64,000 bases of DNA, taken from contig NC_043004.1 of the NCBI RefSeq assembly GCF_006345805.1, positions 93,434,001 through 93,498,000 of the forward strand, written 5' to 3'. Made by a program: the position numbers and the translations under genes. The notes below the pieces were generated by a model, which was not told where the DNA came from, did not search any database, and was given only the letters and a program-made list of their open reading frames with translations. This stretch comes from Octopus sinensis. Lineage: Eukaryota. Of this stretch, positions 39,728 through 52,224 are shown piece by piece. Within the stretch, counting starts at the first letter, position 1. Every line of letters begins with the position of its first letter.

Positions 39728-39805
39728 CTGAAGTGCAACAACTACTGAATTGGAATGACTCCTGCGTTGTGGTTTCCCGAGATGGGTATGTGGCATCTTG
39801 GAAAC
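39728..39805 (-). CDS. STX5: Syntaxin-5 coding exon 5 (78 nt, VSKMPHTHLGKPQRRSHSNSVVVALQ)
   Basis: Acceptor gtttccAG, donor GTGAGT, phase 0/0. Matches HSNTIVVSLQ. Confidence 0.92.
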
Positions 39806-40284
39806 CTGGAAACAAATCGTATCATTTTAGTTTGTGACCAAGTTCTACAAATTATATATTCTCTAACACCAACTTCTTACAACTTATATTCTCAAAAACC
39901 AAATTATTGCCATCAAATATAAATGATATAAGCAGTAGCCAGCACCACATCGACTGGCCTCCGTGCTGATGGCACGTAACAAACACCATCCAATCGTGGC
40001 CATTGCCAGCCTTGTCTGGCCTCCGTGCCGGTGGCACGTAAAAAGCACCATCCGAACGTGGCCGTTCGCCAGCCTCGTCTGGCACCTGTGTCGGTGGCAC
40101 ATAAAAAGCACCCACTACACTCATGGAGTGGTTGGTGTTAGGAAGGGCATCCAGCTGTAGAAACACTGCCAGATCTGACTGGAGTCTGGTGCAGCCTTCT
40201 GGCTTCCTGGACCCCAGTTGAACCGTCCAACCCAGGCTAGCATGGAAAACAGACGTTAAACGATGATGATGATGAACTTTAGTA

Positions 40285-40525
40285 ACTAGCTCTCACAAGC
40301 CATATCAACACAAGCAACTTCAGCAAACAACTACTACAAGCCATGTCAGTACAAGCAACTTCAGCAATGAGTTTCTACAAACCATGTTGGTACAAGCAAT
40401 TTCAACTACTGACAAGCAAAAGCTGTGCCAACACAAGCAACTTCAACGAACAACAACCACAAATCCTATCAACACAAGCAACTCCAGTAACCAGCTACCA
40501 CAGGCCATATTAACACCAGCATCAG
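40285..40525. repeat. Degenerate ~41-bp minisatellite (caagccatatcaacacaagcaacttcagc...)
   Basis: About 6 diverged units directly after a family D tail. Confidence 0.75.
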
Positions 40526-40903
40526 CTGAGTCCACTCGGACAGGAAAATGATGGAACTGAAGCTAGAGTTGTGTTGTCACAGTTCAAGTGTGACATAGTG
40601 AAACACCCATCAATTTTACAATGCTACTCCCGCTTACAGCAGTGAGTTATCTGCAAGTTCTGAATACCTACTCATTGCTGGATAGTTTGCAGGATGGACA
40701 CAGTGCAGTGACATATGAGTGACTAGATGCAAGTGACATCACAATATTGTATTGGTTAGGCTACATGTGATGCTTGCAAATATCTATTTTAAATAAATTC
40801 ATTCAGTCTCCCACAAGAAACTTTCTCATCAAACATTCATCACAAGTAACTCCAGAGACGAACTCCTTCAGTCTAAATCTTCAAACAATCCCAAGTCTTA
40901 TCG

Positions 40904-41311
40904 GATCTTTTCGGTTTGAATGGCAGTTTTTAACATAATTTCTAGGTAACTAAAAAATTTTAAACTTCATATACTGGTAGAATGTGTTTATAAAACATCT
41001 TTTTCTCTTGGCTTTATTGAGAAAATTCTATAGTTTGTAACATATTTGTTGATTTTTTTCTTCAATTTCTGCAATTTCAACCAATCACTGACGTCTATTG
41101 AGGTAAAAAAAACATTCTGTGCCGTATGAATATGTCCCTCGTTTAAGAAACAGATTGGGTTTATTTACATTTGTGAAGAAAAAAGATACCCTTCCCCCCA
41201 CCCCTAACCCTAACACATTGAAATGCAATAGATCGATACTAGGGTCATAATTATGGGTGACAATTTCATTTAACACTGCTAGAAAAAACTGCCGTTCAAA
41301 CTGAAAAGATC
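40904..41311. mobile_element. MITE with ~28-bp TIRs
   Basis: gatcttttcggtttgaatggcagttttt / aaaaactgccgttcaaactgaaaagatc. Confidence 0.75.
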
Positions 41312-41889
41312 TGTCTTATCATCATCATCATCATCATTTTAACATCCACTTTCCCATGTATGCATGGGTCAGATGGAGTTTTACTGAGGCAAATTTTCTA
41401 CAGCCAGATACCCTCCCTGTCACCAACGCTCATGTTTCCAAGCAAGGTAATATTTCCCTGTGGCCAAAACATGCTAACACAGAATTTTGGAAATCAATGA
41501 GACAGCTTGTATGACAATAGCACTCATTTACAATTACATCACAATATCAATACAAAGATACACACACGACGGTATTCTTTCAGTTTCCGCCTACCAAATC
41601 TGTTCACAAAGCTTTGGTTGCATTGAAATTATAGTAGAAGACACTTGATCAAGAGGTCACGCAGTGGGACTTGAGCCGTAACCATCAAGTTAAGAAAGCA
41701 AATTTCTCAACCACACATCCTTCAAACAAGGTACAGAAGTGGCTGTGTGATAAGTAGCTTGTTTACCAACCACATCGTTCCAGGTTCAGTCCCACTGCAT
41801 GGCTCCTTGGACAAGTGTCTTCTACTATAGCCTCGGGCCAACCAAAGCCTTGTGAGTGAATTTGGTAAACGGAAACTGAAAGAAGCCCG

Positions 41890-41928
<39 letters not shown>

Positions 41929-42169
41929 GCATGTATATATATATGTATGTGTGTGTGTGTGTATTTGTCTCCACCAACATCACTTGATAACCAATGCTGG
42001 TGTGTTTACATCCTAGTAACTTAGCAGTTTGGCAAAAAAAGAATAAGTCTTTTGCTCAATTAAAGGCGGTGCCCCAACATGGCCGCAGTCAAATGACTGA
42101 AACAAGTAAAAGAATAAAAAGATAACCAATATAAAAAGTAAGACTCCTTGACCAAATCTAAAAACTGAC

Positions 42170-42282
42170 CTCTTGAAGTGCAGCTATCTGTTTGTTTAGA
42201 CTTGTTATGTCTTGCTTGATGATAAAAATCAGTTCTTCAATGTCCCCTTGTTTGTTATCAAACATTGAACTTCTTTTAACCA
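42170..42282 (-). CDS. STX5: Syntaxin-5 coding exon 4 (113 nt, VKRSSMFDNKQGDIEELIFIIKQDITSLNKQIAALQE)
   Basis: Acceptor tttaacAG, donor GTCAGT. Strong match to the Habc segment KRKSLFDDKAVEIEELTYIIKQDINSLNKQIAQLQ. Confidence 0.95.
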
Positions 42283-42422
42283 CTGTTAAAAAGACAGAGA
42301 ATAACGAAACAGTTACAGGTATTGTTAAGGTGCTAATCATTAATTTAAACAGTTATTAAACATTCTATGTACTGTATTTTCCTTGCAAACATGTTGATAT
42401 AGTATTTTGTGTGAACGTTTAA

Positions 42423-42642
42423 CCCTTTCATTACTGTATTTATTTTGAGATGCTCTGTGTTTCTTTCAATAACTTTAAATATAACAAAGAATTTAGTAAA
42501 ATAACTTAGTTATTATTAAGCTAGTGTTAGGAACATAAATTGTGACTAAGGTTTGGTGGAAGATTTTAATTCAAAACTTATGAAAACAAAACATTTGTAC
42601 TCAGAGCCAGAGCCGGTTTCAGCCGGGTTGGTAATGAAAGGG
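42423..42642. mobile_element. piggyBac-type MITE
   Basis: TTAA-ccctttcattac ... gtaatgaaaggg-TTAA. Related partial elements at about 35064-35160, 45888-46090 and 57500-57778. Confidence 0.85.
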
Positions 42643-42968
42643 TTAAACAACATCACTGTCTTTGCAAGTCCTGCAGCAACTTAGAGGGAACTTTTGATTC
42701 TCCAAAAGTGTTTTGGTGTACAAGTGAACCTAACACTTCTGGATGTAAATTTTGATGTGAAAAATTTGACTTGTGTGCAAGAAGATACAGTAAACTTAAG
42801 CTACAAGATATGAAAAAGAAATACTTAAAAGAAAAAACAAGCAAACAAAATATTAATCTTAGTTGTACAGAAGCCAGTAACAGTTCAGTTAATGACACCT
42901 CAAACTGTAATGGTATAAATACAAAAAAAAAGAACACTGCTTTATAGACTGCATAGCAATAACAGAGA

Positions 42969-43011
<43 letters not shown>

Positions 43012-43014
43012 GAG

Positions 43015-43290
43015 TGCCGGTGGCATGTAAAAAGCACCATCCGATTGTGGCATGTAAAAAGCACCATCCGATCGTGGCCGTTTGCCAGCCTCGTCTGGCA
43101 CCTGTGCCGGTGGCACGTAAAAAGCACCCACTACACTCACGGAGTGGTTGGCGTTAGGAAGGGCATCCAGCTGTAGAAACATTGCCAGATCAGACTGGGC
43201 CTGGTGCAGCCTTCTGGCTTCCCAGACCCCAGTTGAACCGTCCAACCCATGCTAGCATGGAAAGCGGACGCTAAACGATGATGATGATGA
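43015..43290 (+). mobile_element. Family D short 3' copy (RTE-mobilised)
   Basis: Same 3' region as 54250-54440. Plus-oriented copies at about 32400-32600, 37290-37500, 39950-40275, 50640-51310 and 54480-55050. Minus-oriented copies at about 30600-30745, 35165-35400, 41320-41530, 47750-48400, 49450-49830 and 55140-55470. Confidence 0.75.
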
Positions 43291-43984
43291 GTGAGAGAGC
43301 AGTGCATGCCATCAAAGTGACACTGGGCTAAAATATATGAAACCCAGTATACCCATCATGACTACCCGTCTGATAAGGGTACACTAGGCACATGCATCAC
43401 AACCATATGTGCGCGACATGGTGATCTCATATCAAGATAAACAGTGCATGACCTTGCAGGTGGGGCCCAGTTAGAATTTTTTCTTCTGGTCGAGTAGCCC
43501 ATCCTGCTCAAAAGGTCCCTGAATAAGGGTTGTTTAAGGATGTTGAACGAACCACCCATGTTTCCAAAGGTGAATTATCCAAACTTCTAAGAATTCCTCT
43601 CAACACATGGCCATGATGCTCCCCCACTACTTCTGCTACTTATGCACATATCGTCAGCCACTAAGGGACATACTCAACTGGTTAAGGTCAAACAACTGAC
43701 AAGCAAATCTGTGGTATTGAGCAGAATATTTGCTGTAGCCCATCTTTTATACCAATTATTATTATTAAGGTGGTGAGCAGGCAGAGTCATTAGCATGCCA
43801 GGCAAAAATGCTTAGTGGCATTTTGTCCATCTTTATGTTCTGACTTCAAATTCCACCGAGGTCAACTTCATCTTTCATCCTTATGGGATTGATAAAACAA
43901 GTAGCAGTTGATCACTGTGGTCGATGTAATCAGTTCACCACCTCCCCAGAATTGCTGGCCTTGTGCCAAAATCTGATATCATTA

Positions 43985-44375
43985 TTATTATTCTATGTTT
44001 GACTTTTGCTTTATGTTTGTACAAGTTGGCTCCAAGTCTCACCCAGAGACCTCAAGAAACAACAGGTTGGAAGTTCACATTGTTGTTATGCCTAGTGTGC
44101 CATATATTTGGGGGTTTTTTTGGTGTTGTACTAGTGAATGTCTAATAAATAAATAAATAAAAAAAAAAAATTGTTTGTTTTAAACCTTGAGATTACATAG
44201 AGAGTATTTTGCGTAGGATATGAGCAGTTCCCATGAGCACTATATTTTGAATTTCTGCCATTTTGGGGTTTCCTGGTATCTGAGTTAGGTAGCAATCAGC
44301 CCCCTTCGCTATCATTCCCAGGGCACCTATGACAACAGGTATTGTTTTAGTCTTCAGGTTCCACATTTTGCTGAT
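43985..44375 (-). mobile_element. 3' end of an RLE-type non-LTR retrotransposon
   Basis: Minus frame EISKMWNLKTKTIPVVIGALGMIAKGADCYLTQIPGNPKMAEIQNIVLMGTAHILRKILS, with (TAA)n at both sides. Confidence 0.75.
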
Positions 44376-45514
44376 TTATTATTATTATTATTATTATTAT
44401 CATCATCATCATTGTTATTGCTTCATATATTCAGATATAACTGGATAATCACAATACAAATAATTATTTAATCAATAATTGATGAATATAAGACTGGTCT
44501 TTAATATAATACTAGTCTTTCAGTTCTATGTTGTGGTCATATGAGCTTGACCTTGATCCAACAGACATAAAAGCTAAAGTGTTCTGGTCATAACCATCTT
44601 GTCTTTTATTGAAGCATATTATATCTAAGGCCATATTATCTAGTGTCCTTTCTGCTTAAAGACAACAAGGTGTGATTTGAAGAAGACTTGACTGCTATTT
44701 CTAGTTCTTTGTTAAACAAAGTAAGTAACACAGGTTTTATAGATGTCAAGAATAGGGGCCAAATCTGCTAATAATATAATAGTTTATAGATTGTCATCTT
44801 ATCTGAGAGGAGAGGACAGTTCTCCTTCATCTATTCAACACTATAAATCTGGGGCCAAATAATAACCCTTAGAAAGATTCCTTTGGGACTGGACTCTTGG
44901 AGACATCAAGGTTTTACTGCACAGTAATAATTATTGACTCTTCTTAGTTCTTCATTAGTTCCAGAGACATTTATATATTGGTGGAAATCCCTTGAGATCA
45001 AGGACAATAGCCATACGATTGGTGTTGAAACCAGAGCAGAGAAAAATGACCAGTGAATTTTGACCTAAGGCTGAATATACCCATAACATTCCCACATGAA
45101 CTAATACTTATCTCCAATACCTAACAAAGCTAACGTAATGTAGAATTATCGTTTATGTGTGCAACAAAACATTACAAGCTAATGAGGGAACCTTGATCTA
45201 GTTTTCTGATCCACTAGAAATAGGGACTAAATCTCTCTCAAAAACCAGCAGAACACATGAGATAATGTAATCTTAAATGCATTATGTCTAGATAGAATAT
45301 GGGATCATTATAATTGGAACATCTTTCATCATAAGTCAGCTTAGTCACAGCCGACCTAGGCTAAACAACAATCACAATAAGATACCAGCAGTAGATTTGA
45401 ACTCAAAATTTCAGAGTAAATAGTCCAATAGCTCATCCACTCAGCCATTTTACCTCAAAAATCATTTTTTACTTGGAAGAAAAGAAAAAAAAAAGGTTGT
45501 CAATAGTTACTTAC

Positions 45515-45570
45515 ACAAAGCTAGTTTCTCTAGTTTGAATGATGTGTTGGCAAGGTTTTTCCCAACTGAC
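45515..45570 (-). CDS. STX5: Syntaxin-5 coding exon 3 (56 nt, SVGKNLANTSFKLEKLAL)
   Basis: Acceptor cattttAG, donor GTAAGT; phase 2 in, phase 1 out. Aligns with IGKDLSNTFAKLEKLTIL. Confidence 0.92.
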
Positions 45571-48500
45571 CTAAAATGAAAATCAAACACATGGTTAACC
45601 ACACAACATAAAAAAAACTGTAGTTTTTAATTTCAAATTTTAAAATTAAATGCTTCAGTTTTCAATTTTGTAATGAACATATTTATAGAACGCTTCCAAA
45701 AATATGTTATTGAGTTGTAGTCTTCCATAAATATGATATTATGCTGCTGTCTTACATAAATATTTTGTGGTGTTTCAGCATCTTAGAAATATTTCCATGG
45801 TGTTCTATGCCTCCATAAAAATTTTAATGTGTTTTAGTATTCCATAAATACAATATTTTGTTAGTCTTTCAGAAATGATATTGCCTTAACCCTTTAGTGT
45901 TCGCATTATTCTGCCACAATTAATGCTTCTTCATCCACACTGTTTTGAAATAATCATGCATTATCTTGTAGCTATGAGATTTTGATGAGGTAGCTGTTAA
46001 TTTTTAAAAAGATATTGTAGGATTGGTGTGAGATGTCAGATCTGGCCAGTTTGAACATAAAACAGGCAGAATACTTTTGGCCAGATATGGCCTGTTTAAA
46101 TGCTAAATATTGTATTTATGGCAAAAGAAATAGACAGAATAAGTACCAGACTTCAAAAATAAATACTGGGATCGATTCTTTCGACTAAAATTTCTTCAAG
46201 GCAGTGCCCCAGCATAGCTGCAGTCAAATGATTGAAACAAGTAAACCAGTAATTCAACTGAGAAGAAAAGAACTTGGCCATTGTTAAGCCCAACTCAGCA
46301 TTGAAAGAGCATTATCAAATATATCTTTCTTTTTAAAAAAAAAAGGACGAGCTATGATTTGAGGGAAATTAGACTGCTATTTCTAGCAGTTCTATAGAAT
46401 GTGCACAGGCATTTTCGTTTGCTGTATAGCCTACAATATTAGTGCTGTAAATATCCTGACAGCACAGTATAGCGAAGGGAACTAACTCAACGCCAAGGGA
46501 AGTAACTCCTAAGCAGATTGCCCGTGTTAACCAACATTCGTAAGTAATTGAATACTTCGGGGCTGTAAAACTTTTACAAGTTTCTATTTACTTTCTACAA
46601 CGTAATAACAAAACAATTTATTTTCGTTCCTGATGTCTCGATTTTGATCAACAGAACTACCAACTTCTTGTATTGCAGAATATATGGCTGAGTATTCTAC
46701 AGCTAGCGAGATCGAACTCGTTATCTCATAATAAATATATCATCTGCAACCTCCGACATTTGAAGTGGGAATGGCTTAACCGACAGTTTTTTTTTCCATT
46801 CTCCTCAATCTTCTTTTCTTATTAATTATAGCACTTTCAAACCTGTTATTCCTATGATGCTATCAAGCCAAGCGCTTTGTCTATCCCTTTCTCTTTGCCT
46901 TTCCTAAATACTTTTCTATAGGTCAACATTTTTTTAGGCTGTCTACCCTTATAACATGCTTAAAATACCTAAGTTTTTATTTGCCTAGTTCTTTTAATCG
47001 CAACGCGATTTAACTCATGTGGATTTGTCCTTTAATTCTTCTCTTAGCTAACTCTTTAATTCTTTAATAAACACACAGCGATCAGCTTTTTAAGAATCCA
47101 GCAATCTGATGCAGCAACTTCAACTTGCTTACATCTATACGTGGATTTTTTAAAAATATGGTTCGTAGAAATAACAGCAGTCACACAAGTTACATATGTG
47201 AGTGCGATCCATCGGACAATGTTGGAGAACTGTGGAAGACAGTGGTGTATGTTAAGTCTATGGGTGCAGATGCAGAATCAGCCGTTATAAATCGCAGCAG
47301 CAACCGTCATGATCTCAAGGAGTAATTACCCTTGAAGACAGTAATACTGAGTTATTTCCCTTTAGAACAACCTCGTTCGCTCCCTGGACTTTCTATTACG
47401 GAGAACCGACCACATTATCATTCGAAAGAGCACAACCGCATACTTCAAATATACGCCGTGTCTCCCCGAAAATAAGACCTACCATGATTTGGAACTGGTT
47501 TTAGATAGGTAACAAAAATGAGAATCATAACACTCATGCCTGTCTCAATGTAAGCTGAGACAATGCCAACCAAGAATTAGTACAACCTTCCTGCTGAAAT
47601 TCTCCCACCTTCAATTGGGCACTGGTCTAACACAGAACATTCACAGATCATTTTACTGACAATCAGAAAAAAGTGATCTGTACCAGAAATACAACTGAGA
47701 TGATGTAAGATAAATTTTCCCCTGCCTCTGCACAGAACATCATTTAATCATCATCATCATCAGTTTTAATGTCTTCTTTTCTATGTATGCATAGTCAGAT
47801 GGAGTTTTTACTGAGGCAGATTTTCTACAACCAGGTGCCCATCCTGACACCCACCCTCACCTGTTTCCAAGCAACATAATATTTACATTATCATCATGAT
47901 CATCGTTTAACATCCGCTTTCCATGCTAGCATGGGTTAGACGATTTGACTGAGGACTGGCGAACCAGATGGCTGCACCAGACTCCAATCTTGATCTGGCA
48001 GAGATTCTAGAGCTGGATGCCCTTCCTAATGCCAACCACTCCGAGAGTGTGGTGGGTGCTTTTACATGCCACTAGCATGGGGGCCAGTCAGGCGGTACTG
48101 GCAACGACCTCGCTCAAATGTTTTTTCACGTGCCAGTAAGGTGACGCTGGTAACGATCATGCTCAAATGGTGCCTTTTACATGCTACCAGCATGGAAGCC
48201 AGCTAGCCACTCTGGCAATGACCAAGCTCGGATGATGCTCTTAGTGCCCCATTAGCACGAGCCACAAGTGCCAGTAAGGCGACGCTGGTAATGATCACGC
48301 TCGAATGGTGCCTTTTACGTTCCACTGGCACGGAAGCCAGTTAGCTGCTCTGGCAACGATTGCACTCGGATGGTGCTCTTAGCGCCTCACTAGCACGGAT
48401 GCCAGTCATCGAATTTAATTTTGATTTCACTTTCCTCAAAAGGTCTTCGCAAGCAAAGTTTAGTGTCCAAAGAAGGAAAGGTACGCATAAGTGAGTTGGT

Positions 48501-49094
48501 TACGCCCCTGGCATAGGCCACGAGGTTATGCTCTCATTTGGCTTGCCGGGTCTTCTCAAGCAATGCCGGGTCATGACAATGACATTCATTTACAACTGCC
48601 ATGCAATGTCAAAGCAAGGAGACAGACTCACACACATACACACACAATGGGCTTCTTTCAGTTTCTGTATATCAGGCCTTCATGTGAGAGAGAAAGAAGG
48701 AGAGAGGTGCATTTATGTTCGCAGGTTTGTGTGTTCATGCTTCCTTGTCTTGAAATTGTGTACTAATTGCAAACAAACCTGCCCTCTGTTTGCAATCTTG
48801 CACAGAAATATGTCAGGCCTTTGTACTATCCATTTTTTGAAAGATAATGGGGAAAATATTACCTTGTTTCTTAACAAGTGAAGGTTGGTGATATGAAGAG
48901 CATTTGGACATAGAAAATCTGCTTCAACAAATCTCGTCTGATCCATGCAAACATGGAAAAGGCAACATTTAAAAAAAAAAATAATGATGCTGCTGCACTT
49001 GTACAATGATAAATGAAGGAATGAAAGAATGAATGAATTCAAATTGAAAGTTGTGGACACAAACAAGGAACAGAAAGATTATAGAAAGACTGAC

Positions 49095-49165
49095 CGAGAT
49101 CTCAATGTGAATTCTGTAGTTTGAGGTTGGCTGCGGTTTTGCTGGACTGAAACAAGACCATTGAA
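49095..49165 (-). CDS. STX5: Syntaxin-5 coding exon 2 (71 nt, FNGLVSVQQNRSQPQTTEFTLRS)
   Basis: Acceptor ttttgcAG, donor GTCAGT; phase 0 in, phase 2 out. Similar to human NGIQ...RSEFTLMAK. Confidence 0.85.
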
Positions 49166-50947
49166 CTGCAAAACAAAATATAAGTGAAAGGAATAAAGTT
49201 AACATAAGACATGATACATTATCATTTTAATGTTTATTTTGCTGTTTTGCACATGTTGGATGGATCTGTCATACAACTTCTCCTCATTTAATTTAAACTT
49301 ATACCATCAGATCTATGAGCCCCAACGTTTTAAACTCTGACCAAGGTACTTTGTACCCACCAGACTTCCAAAGAGTGTACCTTCTACAATCAATTTATCA
49401 TCTGCTCACATCACAAACAGTTTATATTAGTTCAACTTCATATATTAGCCAATCATCATCACTATTTAACGTCCGTTCTCCATGCTGGCATAGGCTGGAC
49501 GGTTTGAAGGGCTGTTCAGGGTTCATGTTCTTTTTTGGCATAGATACCCTTCCTAATGCCAACCACTTTACAAAGTGTACTTGGTGCTTTTTACATGGCA
49601 CCAGCACTTACGATTCTTCAAGATTAGGGATGCTTAACTGGAGAGGGTTGCAAGGGACAAGCCCATATGCAAGGTCAACCACACTTTTGCTTAGCTTGAC
49701 ATGTCTTTTCAAGCACAGCAAACCACCAGGTGTCTCAGTCTCCTGTCATCCCCTCTGGGAGTCCCAACGTTTGTAGATCCTTTCACACCACTTTGTCCCA
49801 TGTTTTTCCTGGGTCTACCTGTTCCAGTTATAACGATCCTATATTTTATCTAGACAGAGTGCATTTAAGATTACATTGTCTAATGTGTTCTTCTGGCTTT
49901 TGAGAGAGATTTAGTCCATATTTTCAGTGGATCAGAAAACTAAACCGAGGCTCCTCACTGGCTTGTAATGTTTTGTTGCACACACACACACACAATGATT
50001 CTACATTACCTTAGCTTTGTTAGGTGTTGGAGATAAGTATTAATTCTCTCTACCATTAGAGATTGGTACCACTTGAAGCAGCTGCCATCATTCATGTTTT
50101 AGATATTCAGTCTTGCAGTCAGCCATTCCCTTAAGGTCACACAGCAAGTGTAGGATTAAAAGGATATCAAGTTTAACTAAAAAGCCTCATGAGTCAATGA
50201 GGAAATCACTATGCAGTGTCTGCCTTCTGCCCTTTCAATCTGAAACACCAAGCCACCAGACAGATAAAGACTACCTACTTTTCCTGGCCAATGGAAGGTG
50301 GCAGGATAATCTTCACAATCGATTTAACATATCAACAAAGAACACATCCATTACTGTCAAAAGTTTGTTAAACTGAAGATAATCCACGGACCATTTTTAT
50401 TGTTTACTTTTCTTTTTTTTTTACATAAAAATAGTTTTAACACAGTAAACACTAATTCACAGTATCAAATCATGAAATCGTAAAAAAAAAAGTATATAAT
50501 CTGTCTGTTTATTAGTTTCAGACAACCAGACTGAGACTGAACGCATGTCTTCCTCCTGCTACTCATAACAAATGTGATGTGGTATGCATGTGTGTGTGTG
50601 TGTGTCTATCTATCTGTCTGTCTGGTGTGCATTTAGCAACATGGCCATTGCTAGCGCTGCCCCGACTGGCGTCCATGCCGGTGGCATGTAAAAAGCACCA
50701 TCCGATCGTGGCCATTTGCCAGCTTCACCTGGCCTCCGTGCCGGTGGCACGTAAAAAGCACCAACCGATCGTGGCCGTTTGCCAGCCTCGTCTGGCCCCC
50801 ATGCCGGTGGCATGTAAAAAGCACCCACTACACTCACGGAGTGGTTGGCATTAGGAAGGGCATTCAGCTGTAGAAACACTGCCAGATCAGACTGGGCCTG
50901 GCGCAGCCTACTGGCTTCCCAGACCCCAGTTGAACCGTCCAACCCAT

Positions 50948-51275
50948 GTGTGCCAGCAGGATTTGGCTTCTTGCCATACCTCTGGAAAGAGTCAGAAGTG
51001 GTTGTCAGAGAATTTCTACAACATCGCCAGCCCTAATTTCTGGCTTCCTATATCCTCCGATTGTAATCCCACAGATTACCATGTGTGGGGCACAGTTGTG
51101 AGAGACACCAGTCACACTGCTCACTGCACCAAGGCTGATCTGGTGGCCAAGATCAAGGAGGTTTTCAAAGATCTTCCCATGGACACAATGAGAAATGCAT
51201 GTGCCAGATTTTGGAGCCATCTTGAGGTCGTGGTAGAAGCTGAGGGTGGCTACTTTGAGTAAACTGTTATCTCCT
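50948..51275 (+). mobile_element. Inverted partial copy of the 52225-52900 transposase 3' end, embedded in a family D element
   Basis: High visual identity to the reverse complement of 52225-52390 plus 52770-52900. Confidence 0.8.
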
Positions 51276-51578
51276 AACCATGGAAAACGGATGTTAAACG
51301 ATGATGATGATGATCATCACACAGAGATTCAGGTACATACAAATACATATTCACAAGAATTTTCCATTTGTTCAAAACATTACACACACACATACATGAC
51401 GAGTTTCAACACAGTTTCAATCAACAAGATTTACTTATAAGGCCAGTGACTATAGAAAAAAAAAAAAAAAAGATATTTGTCCAATGAGCAGTGCAGTAGG
51501 ATTGAACCCCAAAGCAACAAGACTGTGAAGCAAACTTGCGTTGTTGCGTTTTCTCTTTGTGTTTTCATGTTTGGAATA

Positions 51579-51626
<48 letters not shown>

Positions 51627-51786
51627 CATAGGAGTAGCTGTGTGGTAAGTAGCTTGCTTACAAACCACATAGTTCCGGATTCAGTCCCACTGCATGGCAC
51701 CTTGGGCAAGTGTCTTCTACTATAGCCTCGGGCCGACCAAAGCCTTGTGAGTGGATTTGGTAGACGGAAACTGAAAGAAGCCCGTT

Positions 51787-51818
<32 letters not shown>

Positions 51819-52035
51819 ATATGTTTGTGTGTCTGTCTTTGTACCCCCCCCCCAACATCACTTGACAACCGATGCTGGTGTGTTTACTTCCCCGTAACTT
51901 AGCAGTTCGGCAAAAGAAACCGATAGAATAAGTACTAGGCTTATAAAGAATAAATCCTGGGGTCGATTTGCTCGACTAAAAGATGGTGCTCCAGCATGGC
52001 CACAGTCAAATGACTGAAACAAGTAAAAGAGTGTG

Positions 52036-52076
<41 letters not shown>

Positions 52077-52224
52077 TCCTCTCTCTCTCACATACATGGT
52101 GTTCAGCCCAAATTTGACAGTTTGCATAAAAGGAAAAGGAAACACAATATCCCGTTCAAAAATAAAAAGTATCTTAAAAATGAAAAGATATCAACCACAT
52201 TATGGTTAGAAGGTAACAGTTTAC

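Noticed and set aside
47125-47325. 66-aa ORF in the intronic CpG island
   Set aside because: No recognisable homology or splice context.
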